Notes: generated by a model not told the origin, from the sequence alone. A stretch of 32,000 bases of DNA from Methanothermus fervidus DSM 2088 (GCA_000166095.1 CP002278.1:150001-182000); one strand, 5' to 3'. Shown: positions 7,484 to 17,522, numbered from the stretch's first letter. Translations and numbers: made by a program.

Positions 7484-8674
7484 ATGATACAAATAGCTGT
7501 AACAGGGAAACCTAATGTAGGAAAATCTACATTTTTCAGTGCAGCTACATTGTCAGATGTAGAAGTGGCTTCATACCCATTTACAACAATTGATCCAAAT
7601 CGTGCTGTGGCATATGTAACTACACAATGCCCATGCAAGGAATTAGGTTTAAAATGTAATCCGAGAAATTCTAAATGCAAAAATGGTATTAGATACATAC
7701 CTATCGAATTGATCGATGTTGCAGGCTTAGTTCCTGGAGCATATAAAGGACGCGGGCTAGGTAACAAATTTTTAGATGACCTTAGACAAGCAGACATGTT
7801 TATACATATAGTGGATGCATCTGGATCTACAGATGAAGAAGGTAAAATTGTAGAACCAGGTACTCAAGATCCTCTCGAAGATATAAAATTTCTTGAAAAA
7901 GAAATATTGATGTGGGTTTATGGAATTATAGGTAAAAATTGGAATAAACTTGTTAGGAAAATTTTGTTGGAGAATTTAAAATTTGAAGAAGTTGTGTATG
8001 ATCAACTTTCTGGCATTGGAGTATCTATTGAAGGCATTGTTAAAGCCAAAAATATGGTAGGCTCAAGATTTGATAAGTGGGGAAAAGAAGAACTTTTAAA
8101 GTTTTTAAAATATTTGATAAACATTTGTAAACCAATGTTAATTGTTGCCAACAAGATAGATATCCCAACCGCAGAAAAAAACATAAAAAAAATTAAAAAT
8201 AAATATTCAAGAGTAGTGCCTGCCTCAGCAGAAGCAGAATTAGCACTTAGAAAAGCAGCTAAAGCAGGACTTATAAAATATACACCGGGAAGTTCCAATT
8301 TTAAAATAATAAATAAAGATAAACTCAATAAAAAACAAATTTCAGCACTTAACTATATCAAAAAGAATATATTAGAAAAATATGGAAGTACAGGTGTACA
8401 AAAGGCTTTGAATAAAGCTGTATTTGAAATTCTTAAGATGATAGTTGTTTATCCTGTAGAAAATGAAAATAAAATGAGTGATTCACAAGGAAATGTATTA
8501 CCAGATGCAATTTTGCTTCCAAAAGGATCTACACCAGTTGATTTGGCTTATAAAATACATGAAGAAATTGGAGAAAATTTTCGTTTTGCTATCGATGCTA
8601 GAAAGGGAATAAAAATTTCAAATGATTACAAATTAAAAAACGGCGATATAATAAAAATAGTACATACTGCCTAA
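7484..8674 (+). CDS. Obg/YchF-family GTPase with C-terminal TGS domain
   Basis: G1 motif [35 protein letters not shown], and a C-terminal TGS-like GDIIKIV. AGGAGGT lies upstream of the ATG. Confidence 0.85.
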   Translation: MIQIAVTGKPNVGKSTFFSAATLSDVEVASYPFTTIDPNRAVAYVTTQCPCKELGLKCNPRNSKCKNGIRYIPIELIDVAGLVPGAYKGRGLGNKFLDDLRQADMFIHIVDASGSTDEEGKIVEPGTQDPLEDIKFLEKEILMWVYGIIGKNWNKLVRKILLENLKFEEVVYDQLSGIGVSIEGIVKAKNMVGSRFDKWGKEELLKFLKYLINICKPMLIVANKIDIPTAEKNIKKIKNKYSRVVPASAEAELALRKAAKAGLIKYTPGSSNFKIINKDKLNKKQISALNYIKKNILEKYGSTGVQKALNKAVFEILKMIVVYPVENENKMSDSQGNVLPDAILLPKGSTPVDLAYKIHEEIGENFRFAIDARKGIKISNDYKLKNGDIIKIVHTA

Positions 8675-8699
8675 CACCAAAAATTGAAAAGAGGGTCAG

Positions 8700-8773
8700 T
8701 GCCCTGACCGGGATTTGAACCCGGGTAACGGGATCCGCAGTCCCGCGTGATATCCAGGCTACACTATCAGGGC
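8700..8773 (-). tRNA. tRNA-Arg (anticodon GCG)
   Basis: The reverse complement folds as acceptor GCCCTGA/TCAGGGC, anticodon stem CGGGA/TCCCG with loop CTGCGGA, and T arm CCGGG-TTCAAAT-CCCGG, with discriminator A. It is 74 nt. Confidence 0.85.
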
Positions 8774-8879
8774 ACTATGAATTTTTTAATTTTTAGGTCA
8801 TGAAAAGAAGATATTCACCAATTACCATTACATTTCTTATGTTCCAATGTAATATAAATTTTACTTCTTTTTTGGAGAA

Positions 8880-10790
8880 TTAAACTTTTTGTACTTTTGC
8901 ATTACATATCTCTTTTAAAATAGGTATACATGATACTCCTAAATATATTCCTGAGACGCTTGTATCATAGATGTAAAGTTCAATACCTTCTTTTTTAATG
9001 TTTTTTGCTAAGTTTACCATTTCTTTTTCAATGTCATCTGTCAGTGGAACATTTGCTCTACCATCTGTTATCATAAATGCTTTTACTTTTAATGATTCTT
9101 CTTTCATCTTTTCTCTTTTAGATAATGAAATAAGTTGTTGTAATGCGGAAGATAATGGTGTTCTACCACCAGTGGGGGCTCGTTCAATTTCATCTACAAT
9201 TTGCCAATAATTTTTTGTAGGAGGTACTACTATTTCTGATTTAAAGCCTTTGGCGAGTATAAATGCCATTTTAGATCTTTTTGTGTATCCATCTTCAATG
9301 AGTTTTTCTGCAATACCTTTAGCAATTCTTATTCTTTTCTTTACAGCCATGCTTCCACTAGAATCCAATATAATTACCCAAAGGGTAGGGGCTTTCACAC
9401 GTCTAACTCTTATTCTGATATCATCTTTTTCAAATTTAACTGGAAGTTTTCTTTCCCTAAGCATTGCATGTATTATGGAATTATATAAGTCAATGTCATT
9501 TGCAGATTCATCTTTATTTGAGGATAAGGGTATATGAGCTACTGGTATCCCTTTTGGCTGATTTATAGTTGTCATTGTAATGTCTCTTGAAGACCTATGC
9601 GCAGAACCACTGAATTTTATCTTTTTTTTAGAATCTATCTCTGGAACTTCTGTCTTTAGAGGTGGAAAAAAAGTGTCATCAAACCTCCTACTACCGAAAT
9701 CTTCACGATCAGAACTTCTATTCAATTTCTGTTTTTTACTACTTCTTATCCTGCTTCGAAAAAATTTTGTCTTAGGTAAAGATTTCCCACCTTCTTTTCT
9801 TCTTTGGAAAGGCTTATCTTTTAGTCTGTGTTTTAATGTTAGTTCCATTGCTTTTTCAATGTCTTCCATAGAAACTTTTTTTCTGCCGTCAAGAGCAGAA
9901 ATTGACTTAGCTGTCTTTATAGTTGCTATCTCAGCCCTATTTGTTTTTATTCCTAATTTAATTATTGTTTCTGCAAGTAATTCTAAAAGATCTTCATCAA
10001 CTTTAACTTTTGGTAATAATTCTCTTGCTTTGACAATTTTTTTTGTTAGCTCTTCTTCCTCTTTTTTGTATTTTTCATAAAATTCTACAGGGTCTTTTTG
10101 GAATTCTTCAGTCCTTCTAACAATTTCAATTCTCTCCTCTGGATTCATAGGTGCAGATATTTCAACACACAGACCAAATCTATCTAATATTTGCGGTCTT
10201 AATTCTCCTTCCTCTGGGTTCATGCTTCCTACTAATATAAATCTTGCAGGATGTCTAAATGAAATTCCTTCCCTCTCTATTGTGTTCCATCCCATTGCAG
10301 CTGCATCTAAAAGAGAATCTGCAATATAATCATCAAGTAAATTGACTTCATCTATATATAGAACACCTCTATTTGCTTCCGCCATTAATCCAGGATTTAA
10401 AGCTTTCTTACCTTCCTTTAAAAACTTTGTAACGTCTATAGTACCTATCAGTCTATCTATAGTTATACTTAGTGGTAAGTTAACAAAGCTCATTTTTCTT
10501 TTTTCTACCGGTAATTTTTCATTGGATGAAAAGCGTTCGTAACAATCATCACACATTTCAAGCGGATTGTTTGGGTTGCATCTAAATTCACAATCTGCAA
10601 CTACTTCAATCTCAGGTAGTATGTTTGTTAATGATCTAACTAGCGTAGATTTACCTGTTCCCTTATCACCTTTTAGTAAAACACCACCTATCAACGGATT
10701 TACAGCAACACATAAAAGAGCTGTCTTAGCTTCTTCTTGACCAACAACAGCGGAAAATGGGAAACTTAATTGCCTTTCACAATATTCCAT
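8880..10790 (-). CDS. chelatase ATPase subunit, fused ChlI/BchI-like AAA+ domain and ChlD/CobT-like vWA domain
   Basis: N-terminus FPFSAVVGQEEAK, Walker A GDKGTGKST, Walker B VLYIDEVNLL, Cys cluster CEFRCNP...CDDC, and a C-terminal vWA MIDAS motif ILDSSGSM. It overlaps the cobN stop by 25 nt. Confidence 0.85.
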   Translation of the reverse strand: MEYCERQLSFPFSAVVGQEEAKTALLCVAVNPLIGGVLLKGDKGTGKSTLVRSLTNILPEIEVVADCEFRCNPNNPLEMCDDCYERFSSNEKLPVEKRKMSFVNLPLSITIDRLIGTIDVTKFLKEGKKALNPGLMAEANRGVLYIDEVNLLDDYIADSLLDAAAMGWNTIEREGISFRHPARFILVGSMNPEEGELRPQILDRFGLCVEISAPMNPEERIEIVRRTEEFQKDPVEFYEKYKKEEEELTKKIVKARELLPKVKVDEDLLELLAETIIKLGIKTNRAEIATIKTAKSISALDGRKKVSMEDIEKAMELTLKHRLKDKPFQRRKEGGKSLPKTKFFRSRIRSSKKQKLNRSSDREDFGSRRFDDTFFPPLKTEVPEIDSKKKIKFSGSAHRSSRDITMTTINQPKGIPVAHIPLSSNKDESANDIDLYNSIIHAMLRERKLPVKFEKDDIRIRVRRVKAPTLWVIILDSSGSMAVKKRIRIAKGIAEKLIEDGYTKRSKMAFILAKGFKSEIVVPPTKNYWQIVDEIERAPTGGRTPLSSALQQLISLSKREKMKEESLKVKAFMITDGRANVPLTDDIEKEMVNLAKNIKKEGIELYIYDTSVSGIYLGVSCIPILKEICNAKVQKV

Positions 10791-13700
10791 ACTTTTTCCA
10801 CCTTTTTCATATTATTCTTCCAATTATCAACATCATTAATAGAATAAATATTAATTATTCCACCTTGTATTTCTCCTTTTCCAACTTCATCTTCTAATGT
10901 GCTTTCAATTTCCATATATAGATGTTTTAAACTTCTAATTGTTTTTTTATCGGCTTTCCACAACTTTCTTTCATAAGCCTCTAATAATCTCCTTGTAATC
11001 TCCTCTAATGCGTAAGGATTATGTTTTTTAAACCATTCTTTCATTTTGGAATATTTTTTAAATATGTTGTCAAATACCCAGTCATTAACTAATCCAGTTG
11101 TTGACTGCCAGCCATAAAGATGGAGAATCTTTTTTGAAAATTCATTTGCTCCTCTATACCCATGCTTTTTCATGTTTTTGATCCACTCATCATTCAATAA
11201 TTTACTCCTCACTATTCTTTCTATTTCTTTTTTCACATTGATAACCTTTATGTTTGAAATATCGCGCGTATCAACTTGTAATGTTTCTGTTTTCTTTCCT
11301 CTCAATGTATCTACAGCTGCTTTAAATCCTCCCTGGAATGCGAAATATCCACAGCAATTTGTTAACTCATGTTCATCACTTACATGATTCCTTGTTATTA
11401 CATCAACTTTTCTTAAATTAAGTGTCAATGATTCTGGAGCTTTAACACCAAATCTATCTTTTGAATAGGCATGATCACTCCATTTAATCCATATTTTTCC
11501 AAGTTCTTCCTTGTTTTTCCAGGCTGATGATTCAACAGCATAATTTACGCCAGCTCCATATGCTCCTGGCGGGGTTGAAAATATTCTATATTTTGCAAAT
11601 TCTTTAGCTCTTTTTACACCCATTCTTGAAAGTTCCTTTAAATTTTCTATATAATGTTTTTTAACATAGTTTTTATGAAGAGGTTCTTTGGCTTTAATAA
11701 CCTTTTTCACGGCTTCATCAATTATTTCTATGTAATTTGGCAGTGTATCACGTGTTATACCACTTATCCTCACTAAAACATCAATTCTTGGTCTCTTCAA
11801 TTTATTTAGAGGTATTACCTCAACTCCAACAACTTTATCATTTTTCCATTTAGGTTTTACACCCAATAAATATAATATTTGAGATAGCTGTTCTCCATCG
11901 GCTTTATATCCATCTATACTCCATAGAACCTGACCAACAGTTTCAGGGAACTTTCCATATTTGTTTTTATAAAATTTCAATAATTTTTCAGCTGTTTTAA
12001 CGCCAATTTTCCATGCAGCTTTTGTTGGAATTTCTGTAGGATCTACCGCATAGAAATTTCTGCCTGTAGGTATTATTTCATATTTACCGCGTGCCAAAGA
12101 TCCTGAAGGTCCTGGTTCAACAAATTCAAAATTCAATGCTTTTATAAGTCCTTTAATTTCTTTTTTACATTTTTTGATTCTATTAGATAAGTCAGCAGCT
12201 TTATTCAATAAATTTCTAATTTTCTTTTCATTTTTAACTTGAAAACCTTCTTCTTTAAATTTTTTCACAATTTCAATTTTTTTGTTTGATATAATGTCTT
12301 TCAGTAATTTTTTACCTATATCACAAACTTTCTCTGAAATTTCTTTGTTCATAACACCATTTGTAAAATCTAATGGTTTATTAATGATGTTATTATAATC
12401 AAAACCTAAAGATTCTAATAATACTTTATTTATAGATGTGGTAAGAGAAGTATCATGTGACATAGCTGTAAAAACATATTCACTGAGAATTTTTGGATCT
12501 TCAGGAGGAGTCGCAAATATATGTAATCCAACATTAATTTCTGAGTTTCTAATAAATTCAAGATATTCATGTAATTCTTCAATAACTTTCTTTTCTTCTT
12601 TGCTTTTTATTTTGATATTTTCTTTCTTTGCTTTATCTAATATATTTTCATAAATAATCCTTTTTCTTTTCTTGTCACCTAAATTTCTAGCCTTAACATA
12701 TTGTTTGATCAAAGAATCAAGTTCCTCTAAGTTTTCAGAATATTTCATAGGCGGGTGTAAATGATCTACTATAGTAGCATAACTTCTTCTTTTGGCTATT
12801 ACTCCTTCCATAGGATTAGACACTATGTAAACATACACATGTGGAATTTCGCCAATACTTGCCTCAGGAACACAAGCAGGAGAAAGACCTACACCTTTAC
12901 CTGGTCGAAATTCTAATGATCCATGAGTTCCAAAGTGAATTAAAATGTCATAATTCTTTGATATCCATTTGTAAAAAGCCCACCAATGATGTGGTGGAAC
13001 AATATTGGGGTCATGTAAAATTTTGCATGTTTTTCCATCACATTTTGAGCCTTCACAACCAAATTTTGGCTGTGTAGTAAGCAACACATTGCCAAACTTT
13101 ATACCTGGAATAACAAATTTATTGTTGTAGATCATTCCTCCTTTGTTATTTTTAAGTACTTCATCAGGACTTCCCCAATTTTTTATTATTTTCTTCCTTA
13201 GTTGCTTTGGAAGTTCTTTAAACCAATTAATGTATTCTTTACCGACAAAATCCACAGCTCCACCATTACTAACAATATCTTCAACACTTGTCCATCTGAA
13301 TTCACTTATAGCCCGCTTATTTAAAACCATTTTAATTAATTCTTCTCCATTTTCAGGAATATTTTTGACTTTATATCCATTCTTTTTTAGATGTCTTAAA
13401 ACTTTAACTACACTCTCAGGAACATCTAATCCCATTCCAACTCCAATATTTCCCTCTAAACCTTTGCATGGAGGACTTATTAATACTATGGCTATCTTTA
13501 TATCTTTTCTTGGTTTTTTCCTCAACTTTATCCAATTTTTTACCTTCTTAACAAAATATTTAATATTGGGCTCATATCCTTGTCCTTTATTCTTTCTTCC
13601 ACCAATAAAAATAGGTTCAATAGCTCCTTTTGTTTCTGGAAGGATAACACCATATACCTGTGTTAAATAATCTACACCATTTTCGTTTTTCCATTCTTCA

Positions 13701-14464
13701 ATACTTTGATACCAAGACCTTAGTGGTGAAAATATTGGAACATTTAATTTCTTTACATCAAAATCTTTAATACCAAAAGAAATTAGTGATATTATTGCAT
13801 CAACTATGGGTCTATTTTTCTCAAATAAAAATTTTTTAATAACTTCCATTTTTTCCATGCCAATGCCAGTTACAGGGTCCTTTGTATATGTAAAGATAGG
13901 TATTACTCCCAATCCTTCATTTTCCAAATATTTAATAAGCATGTTTATTTGCGTTAGATCATCATATAACCATTCATTTCTCCAAAAGATAATTCCAACA
14001 AGTGGTCTTTTACCATATTTTTCCACGTATTTTTCTAAATATTTCTTTTTAGATGTCGTAACTCCTAACTCTGGATGATAGATTCCAGAGATTAATGTTT
14101 TCTTTGGCTCATCATATTTTATTTCTTTACCACTTAAATTTATGAGAAATTTAACAAGGTTTCTCAAATTTTCTTTGCCACCATAAATATAGTATTTTCT
14201 GGCCTTGATTAACACTTCTTTATCCACGTTGTTTAATTCTTCTAATGGATAAGAAATAATTTTTGCATCTATATTTTTTAAAACATTTATACATTCATCC
14301 GGCAAACTAGAAGTAAAAACAAAAATTACTTCAGATTTTTTTATTGTGTTAATTTTGTCAACGCATTCTCTGTCTGTTAATACTAACCCATCTATCTTTT
14401 CTTCTTTGAAAATTTCTTTAAGTACTTGTATAGGCCTTGCATCATAACATATAAATGATATCAT
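10766..14464 (-). CDS. cobN: CobN/ChlH-family large chelatase subunit
   Basis: About 1232 aa. It carries the CobN-type signature HFGTHGSLEFRPGKG and ...DVITRNHVSDEHELTNCCGYFAFQGGF. I prefer the ATG at 14464; the ORF track starts at the GTG at 14476. Confidence 0.9.
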   Translation of the reverse strand: MISFICYDARPIQVLKEIFKEEKIDGLVLTDRECVDKINTIKKSEVIFVFTSSLPDECINVLKNIDAKIISYPLEELNNVDKEVLIKARKYYIYGGKENLRNLVKFLINLSGKEIKYDEPKKTLISGIYHPELGVTTSKKKYLEKYVEKYGKRPLVGIIFWRNEWLYDDLTQINMLIKYLENEGLGVIPIFTYTKDPVTGIGMEKMEVIKKFLFEKNRPIVDAIISLISFGIKDFDVKKLNVPIFSPLRSWYQSIEEWKNENGVDYLTQVYGVILPETKGAIEPIFIGGRKNKGQGYEPNIKYFVKKVKNWIKLRKKPRKDIKIAIVLISPPCKGLEGNIGVGMGLDVPESVVKVLRHLKKNGYKVKNIPENGEELIKMVLNKRAISEFRWTSVEDIVSNGGAVDFVGKEYINWFKELPKQLRKKIIKNWGSPDEVLKNNKGGMIYNNKFVIPGIKFGNVLLTTQPKFGCEGSKCDGKTCKILHDPNIVPPHHWWAFYKWISKNYDILIHFGTHGSLEFRPGKGVGLSPACVPEASIGEIPHVYVYIVSNPMEGVIAKRRSYATIVDHLHPPMKYSENLEELDSLIKQYVKARNLGDKKRKRIIYENILDKAKKENIKIKSKEEKKVIEELHEYLEFIRNSEINVGLHIFATPPEDPKILSEYVFTAMSHDTSLTTSINKVLLESLGFDYNNIINKPLDFTNGVMNKEISEKVCDIGKKLLKDIISNKKIEIVKKFKEEGFQVKNEKKIRNLLNKAADLSNRIKKCKKEIKGLIKALNFEFVEPGPSGSLARGKYEIIPTGRNFYAVDPTEIPTKAAWKIGVKTAEKLLKFYKNKYGKFPETVGQVLWSIDGYKADGEQLSQILYLLGVKPKWKNDKVVGVEVIPLNKLKRPRIDVLVRISGITRDTLPNYIEIIDEAVKKVIKAKEPLHKNYVKKHYIENLKELSRMGVKRAKEFAKYRIFSTPPGAYGAGVNYAVESSAWKNKEELGKIWIKWSDHAYSKDRFGVKAPESLTLNLRKVDVITRNHVSDEHELTNCCGYFAFQGGFKAAVDTLRGKKTETLQVDTRDISNIKVINVKKEIERIVRSKLLNDEWIKNMKKHGYRGANEFSKKILHLYGWQSTTGLVNDWVFDNIFKKYSKMKEWFKKHNPYALEEITRRLLEAYERKLWKADKKTIRSLKHLYMEIESTLEDEVGKGEIQGGIINIYSINDVDNWKNNMKKVEKVWNIVKGN

Positions 14465-14476
14465 AGTTACACACAA

Positions 14477-14538
14477 ATTTTGTCCTATGTTTAAAATTTT
14501 TTGTTTATTTTATATTTAAAAATCTTGGGTGGATATAA
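14477..14538. promoter_or_regulatory. 62-bp divergent promoter region between cobN (-) and cbiL (+)
   Basis: A/T blocks TTAAAATTTTTT (14491-14502) and TTTATTTTATATTTAAAA (about 14505-14522) could serve as TATA elements on either strand. GGGTGGA lies upstream of the cbiL ATG. Confidence 0.3.
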
Positions 14539-15231
14539 ATGAAAGGAAAATTTATAGGAGTAGGTGTGGGACCAGGAGATCCAGAACTCATGACAGTTAA
14601 AGCAGTTAAAATAATTAAGTCTGTTCCAGTAATATGTGCTCCAAGATCTTCACCTCATAGGCCAAGTATTGCATTAAAAATAATTAAAAATATATTAAAA
14701 AAACGTAATGACAAATATGAAGTCATAGAACCTGTATTTCCTATGATTGAAAATAAAGAAAATCTAAAAAAATATTGGGATCATGCAGCGGAAATTATTT
14801 CTGAACATCTTTCTGAAGGTAAAGATGTTGCATTTGTAACTATTGGTGATCCATCTCTTTATAGTACTTTCACTTACATATGTAGGAGAATTAAGAAAAA
14901 ATTTCAAGTGGAAATGATACCAGGTATATGTTCATTTACAAGTTGTGCTGCTAGTGCATGCCTTCCATTAGCTGAAAAAGATGAAACTTTGCTTATATTA
15001 CCAAATGTAAATAAAAAAATAAAAAAAATTATAGGTTATGTTGATACTGTTGTAGTGATGAAAACATCCCGGCACGGTAATTTATTGAAAAAAATTGTTG
15101 AAGAAGATCCTAGAAAGAAAAAGATAATATCTGTCGTGAATTGTAGCATGAAAAATGAAAAAATTGTTGAAGGTTTTGTAGAGGATGGTGGATATTTATG
15201 TACAACACTTATTAAGTTTTTAAGTGAATAA
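14539..15231 (+). CDS. cbiL: cobalt-factor II / precorrin-2 C20-methyltransferase (CbiL-type)
   Basis: [16 protein letters not shown], an N-terminal class III tetrapyrrole methylase motif. The 230 aa length and overall pattern fit CbiL/CobI; the subfamily call is less certain than the family call. Confidence 0.8.
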   Translation: MKGKFIGVGVGPGDPELMTVKAVKIIKSVPVICAPRSSPHRPSIALKIIKNILKKRNDKYEVIEPVFPMIENKENLKKYWDHAAEIISEHLSEGKDVAFVTIGDPSLYSTFTYICRRIKKKFQVEMIPGICSFTSCAASACLPLAEKDETLLILPNVNKKIKKIIGYVDTVVVMKTSRHGNLLKKIVEEDPRKKKIISVVNCSMKNEKIVEGFVEDGGYLCTTLIKFLSE

Positions 15232-16185
15232 TTGTTTAACTACCCATTCTGGTTTAAATTCGATTAAATCATCATAATTTTGACCTATACCTAAGAATAG
15301 TATTGGTTTGCCTATAACATAACTTATAGATATTGCAGCACCGCCTCTGGTGTCTGCATCAGCTTTTGTAAGAATTACACCATCAATGCCTATCTTTTCA
15401 TCAAACATTTTTGCTTGTTCTACGGCATCATTGCCTGTAAGTGCATCTCCAACAAAAATTATAAAATCAGGATTTACAACCCTTTTTATTTTTGCCATTT
15501 CTTCCATTAGATTCATGTTTGTCTGCATTCTTCCAGCAGTGTCAATAAGCACAACATCTTTATTTTTAGATTTTGCATGATTTACAGCGTCATATGCCAC
15601 TGCTGCAGGGTCTGACCCTTTTTTGTGTTTTATAACTTTTACTCCAAGTTTTTCTCCATGTTTGGTTATTTGTTCAATTGCACCAGCTCTAAATGTATCT
15701 GCGGCTGCTATAACAGGTACCAATCCTTTTTCCATGAAATATTTAGCTAGTTTAGCAATAGTAGTTGTTTTACCTGTTCCATTCACACCAACAAACAATA
15801 TGACAAATGGTTTTTTCTTTATTTTTAATAAATCCTCAACGTTGCTATCTGTTTTTAAGATCTCAAGTATTGCATTTTTTAAAGCATTTCTTGTGTATTT
15901 ATCAATATCAGTGCTTCTTTTAACTTTTTTACCAACTAATTCTTTTTTAACAGACTCTGTTATTTTTTCAGCTACTTCTAATGCTACATCTCCCTCTAAT
16001 AATTCTAGTTGCAACTCCCACAAAACGTCTTCTATATCATCTTCAGAAATTGTCTTCTCCTTTATAAAAGAAAAAATACCTGATTTATTTTCCTCTACTT
16101 TACCCTTTTCAATTTCCTTTTTTGATACAGATTTAGTTATTTTTTTTACAGCCTTATTTAATTTATTTTTTAAGGATTCAAACAA
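15220..16185 (-). CDS. ftsY: signal recognition particle receptor FtsY
   Basis: [20 protein letters not shown] and TKADAD motifs. The N-terminus is acidic and basic. Confidence 0.95.
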   Translation of the reverse strand: MFESLKNKLNKAVKKITKSVSKKEIEKGKVEENKSGIFSFIKEKTISEDDIEDVLWELQLELLEGDVALEVAEKITESVKKELVGKKVKRSTDIDKYTRNALKNAILEILKTDSNVEDLLKIKKKPFVILFVGVNGTGKTTTIAKLAKYFMEKGLVPVIAAADTFRAGAIEQITKHGEKLGVKVIKHKKGSDPAAVAYDAVNHAKSKNKDVVLIDTAGRMQTNMNLMEEMAKIKRVVNPDFIIFVGDALTGNDAVEQAKMFDEKIGIDGVILTKADADTRGGAAISISYVIGKPILFLGIGQNYDDLIEFKPEWVVKQLFT

Positions 16186-16608
16186 TTATTCACTTCCTCT
16201 TACCTTTTTTAATAACTCTTGTGCTTGTGGAGACAATTTTGATATTTCTTCATTGATTTTTTGTAAATCTTTTGATAATCTTTCAACACTTTTTTCTAGT
16301 TCTTTTCTTCGTTTTTTTAACGTAGATTTAGCATCTTTAATACTTTTTTTTATTGCTATTCCAGCACCAACACTCATTATTACATTTTTTGTATCTTTTA
16401 ACTCTGCTAATGCAAATGATCCAGCACCTATTGGTACAAATATTTCTGCGCCTTCTTTCCCATCTATAGCATCTAATGTTTCATCTAACATGTCTAACTC
16501 AGCTATAGTACTACGGATAGTATCTATTTGTTGCTTTATAATTTCAGATTGTTCTTGATATACTTTAAGTTCTGCCAATATTTCCTCTAATTTTTCTTTA
16601 TCTTTCAA
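16186..16608 (-). CDS. pfdA: prefoldin alpha subunit
   Basis: 140 aa with coiled coils flanking central beta hairpins (IFVPIGAGSFALAELKD...VIMSVGAGIAIKKS). It sits in the conserved position between rpl18a and ftsY. Confidence 0.85.
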   Translation of the reverse strand: MKDKEKLEEILAELKVYQEQSEIIKQQIDTIRSTIAELDMLDETLDAIDGKEGAEIFVPIGAGSFALAELKDTKNVIMSVGAGIAIKKSIKDAKSTLKKRRKELEKSVERLSKDLQKINEEISKLSPQAQELLKKVRGSE

Positions 16609-16854
16609 TCAGATCACCCTCTCAACTAATTGTCTGATCACTGGATCTTCTATGTCATCAGGATCCTTTATCTTCTCTATTTTTTCTATAATTATTTCAC
16701 GCCGTGATACTCCATGTCTTCCACCAAATTCAGAATAAATTTTTTCATAGACTTCTTTTTTACTGAGAGCTCTTACTTCTTTTGTAAATGGCTGCATTTC
16801 TTCACCCATTTTAAATTTCCCACGAACTTTATAAGTTTTTGTATCCATAATCAT
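16609..16854 (-). CDS. rpl18a: 50S ribosomal protein L18Ae/LX
   Basis: YKVRGKFKMGEEMQPFTKEV...KEVYEKIYSEFGGRHGVSRREI. The start is either the ATG at 16854 (ATGA overlap with eif6) or the ATG at 16848 (better spacing from GAGGG). Confidence 0.8.
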   Translation of the reverse strand: MIMDTKTYKVRGKFKMGEEMQPFTKEVRALSKKEVYEKIYSEFGGRHGVSRREIIIEKIEKIKDPDDIEDPVIRQLVERVI

Positions 16855-17519
16855 CCCTCAATAAGTCCTAATGCTTCCTCTATTCTTGCAAGTTCAGGTC
16901 CAGTCGTTTCCTTACTAACAAGTACTCCTTTAGAGTTGGCAATCATGCATGACCCTATAAAAATCATGCCATGATTGACGGTTCCAAGATCAGCTGGAAC
17001 TTTTAAAACTTTTTCAACTGTCTCCAATTCTTTTTCTTTAACATCAGGATGTAATAATGCACCTTTATTAGTAGCAATTCCTACTGAACCTACAATAGTA
17101 TAAGTTCCTAACAACAGATCTTTGACATTGACGTCTAATGTGTCTTTGATCGTGTTCACAGCTTCTGGAGAAAATAAAGGACTTATAATTGCACCATAAT
17201 CATTAGATAATATAAGATTTCCAAGAGCGGTGTGTTTGTCTTCAACTATACCTACATTAACACCTATATCCTCTAAAATTTTCATTTCTTGATCCATTAT
17301 ATTGTTTGGGACTAATATGCCATTAGAATTACCTACTGATAATACTCCAACCAATTCACTACCAGCAATAGTAATTTCAAATACTTCTACATCCAAAACT
17401 TCTTTTATGTCTCTTTTCACAGATTTTGGTAAGTGTGTAGATACTAAGGCTATGTCTTCAGTCACTGAAACGTATGCGCCTATAAAGCTTCCTTCAGATA
17501 TTTCAATTCTTTTTATCAT
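16851..17519 (-). CDS. eif6: translation initiation factor 6 (aIF6)
   Basis: 222 aa with pentein-repeat patterns (GSFIGAYVSVTED, GNSNGILVPN, ALGNLILSNDYGAIISP, NKGALLHP, NSKGVLV). Confidence 0.9.
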   Translation of the reverse strand: MIKRIEISEGSFIGAYVSVTEDIALVSTHLPKSVKRDIKEVLDVEVFEITIAGSELVGVLSVGNSNGILVPNNIMDQEMKILEDIGVNVGIVEDKHTALGNLILSNDYGAIISPLFSPEAVNTIKDTLDVNVKDLLLGTYTIVGSVGIATNKGALLHPDVKEKELETVEKVLKVPADLGTVNHGMIFIGSCMIANSKGVLVSKETTGPELARIEEALGLIEG

Positions 17520-17522
17520 GTT

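Noticed and set aside
8694-8709. Hairpin GGTCAG-TGCC-CTGACC just after the GTPase gene, as a possible terminator
   Set aside because: The right arm is the 3' acceptor strand and T-arm edge of tRNA-Arg on the opposite strand. The complementarity to flanking sequence is short and is not followed by an oligo-T tract.
8789-8872. 27-codon plus-strand ORF (MKRRYSPITITFLMFQCNINFTSFLEN) between tRNA-Arg and the chelatase gene
   Set aside because: It has no SD, no recognisable features, and lies in an AT-rich spacer. More likely the region contains the tRNA-Arg promoter (minus strand).
9580-10080. 166-aa plus-strand ORF, plus 8998..9210, 9250..9537 and 10342..10542, antisense to the ChlI-ChlD gene
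   Set aside because: These are shadow ORFs. The minus strand carries Walker A and B and MIDAS motifs.
13143-13670. 175-aa plus-strand ORF and several others (11172..11387, 12438..12653, 12841..13077, 13806..14078) inside cobN
   Set aside because: These are antisense shadow ORFs within a well-supported 1232-aa CobN gene. They have no SD or recognisable motifs.
15623-16558. 311-aa ORF on the plus strand spanning ftsY and pfdA in antisense
   Set aside because: Its composition is low-complexity and Ser/Phe/Ile-rich, typical of the shadow frame of an AT-rich gene. The opposite strand encodes unmistakable FtsY and prefoldin alpha.
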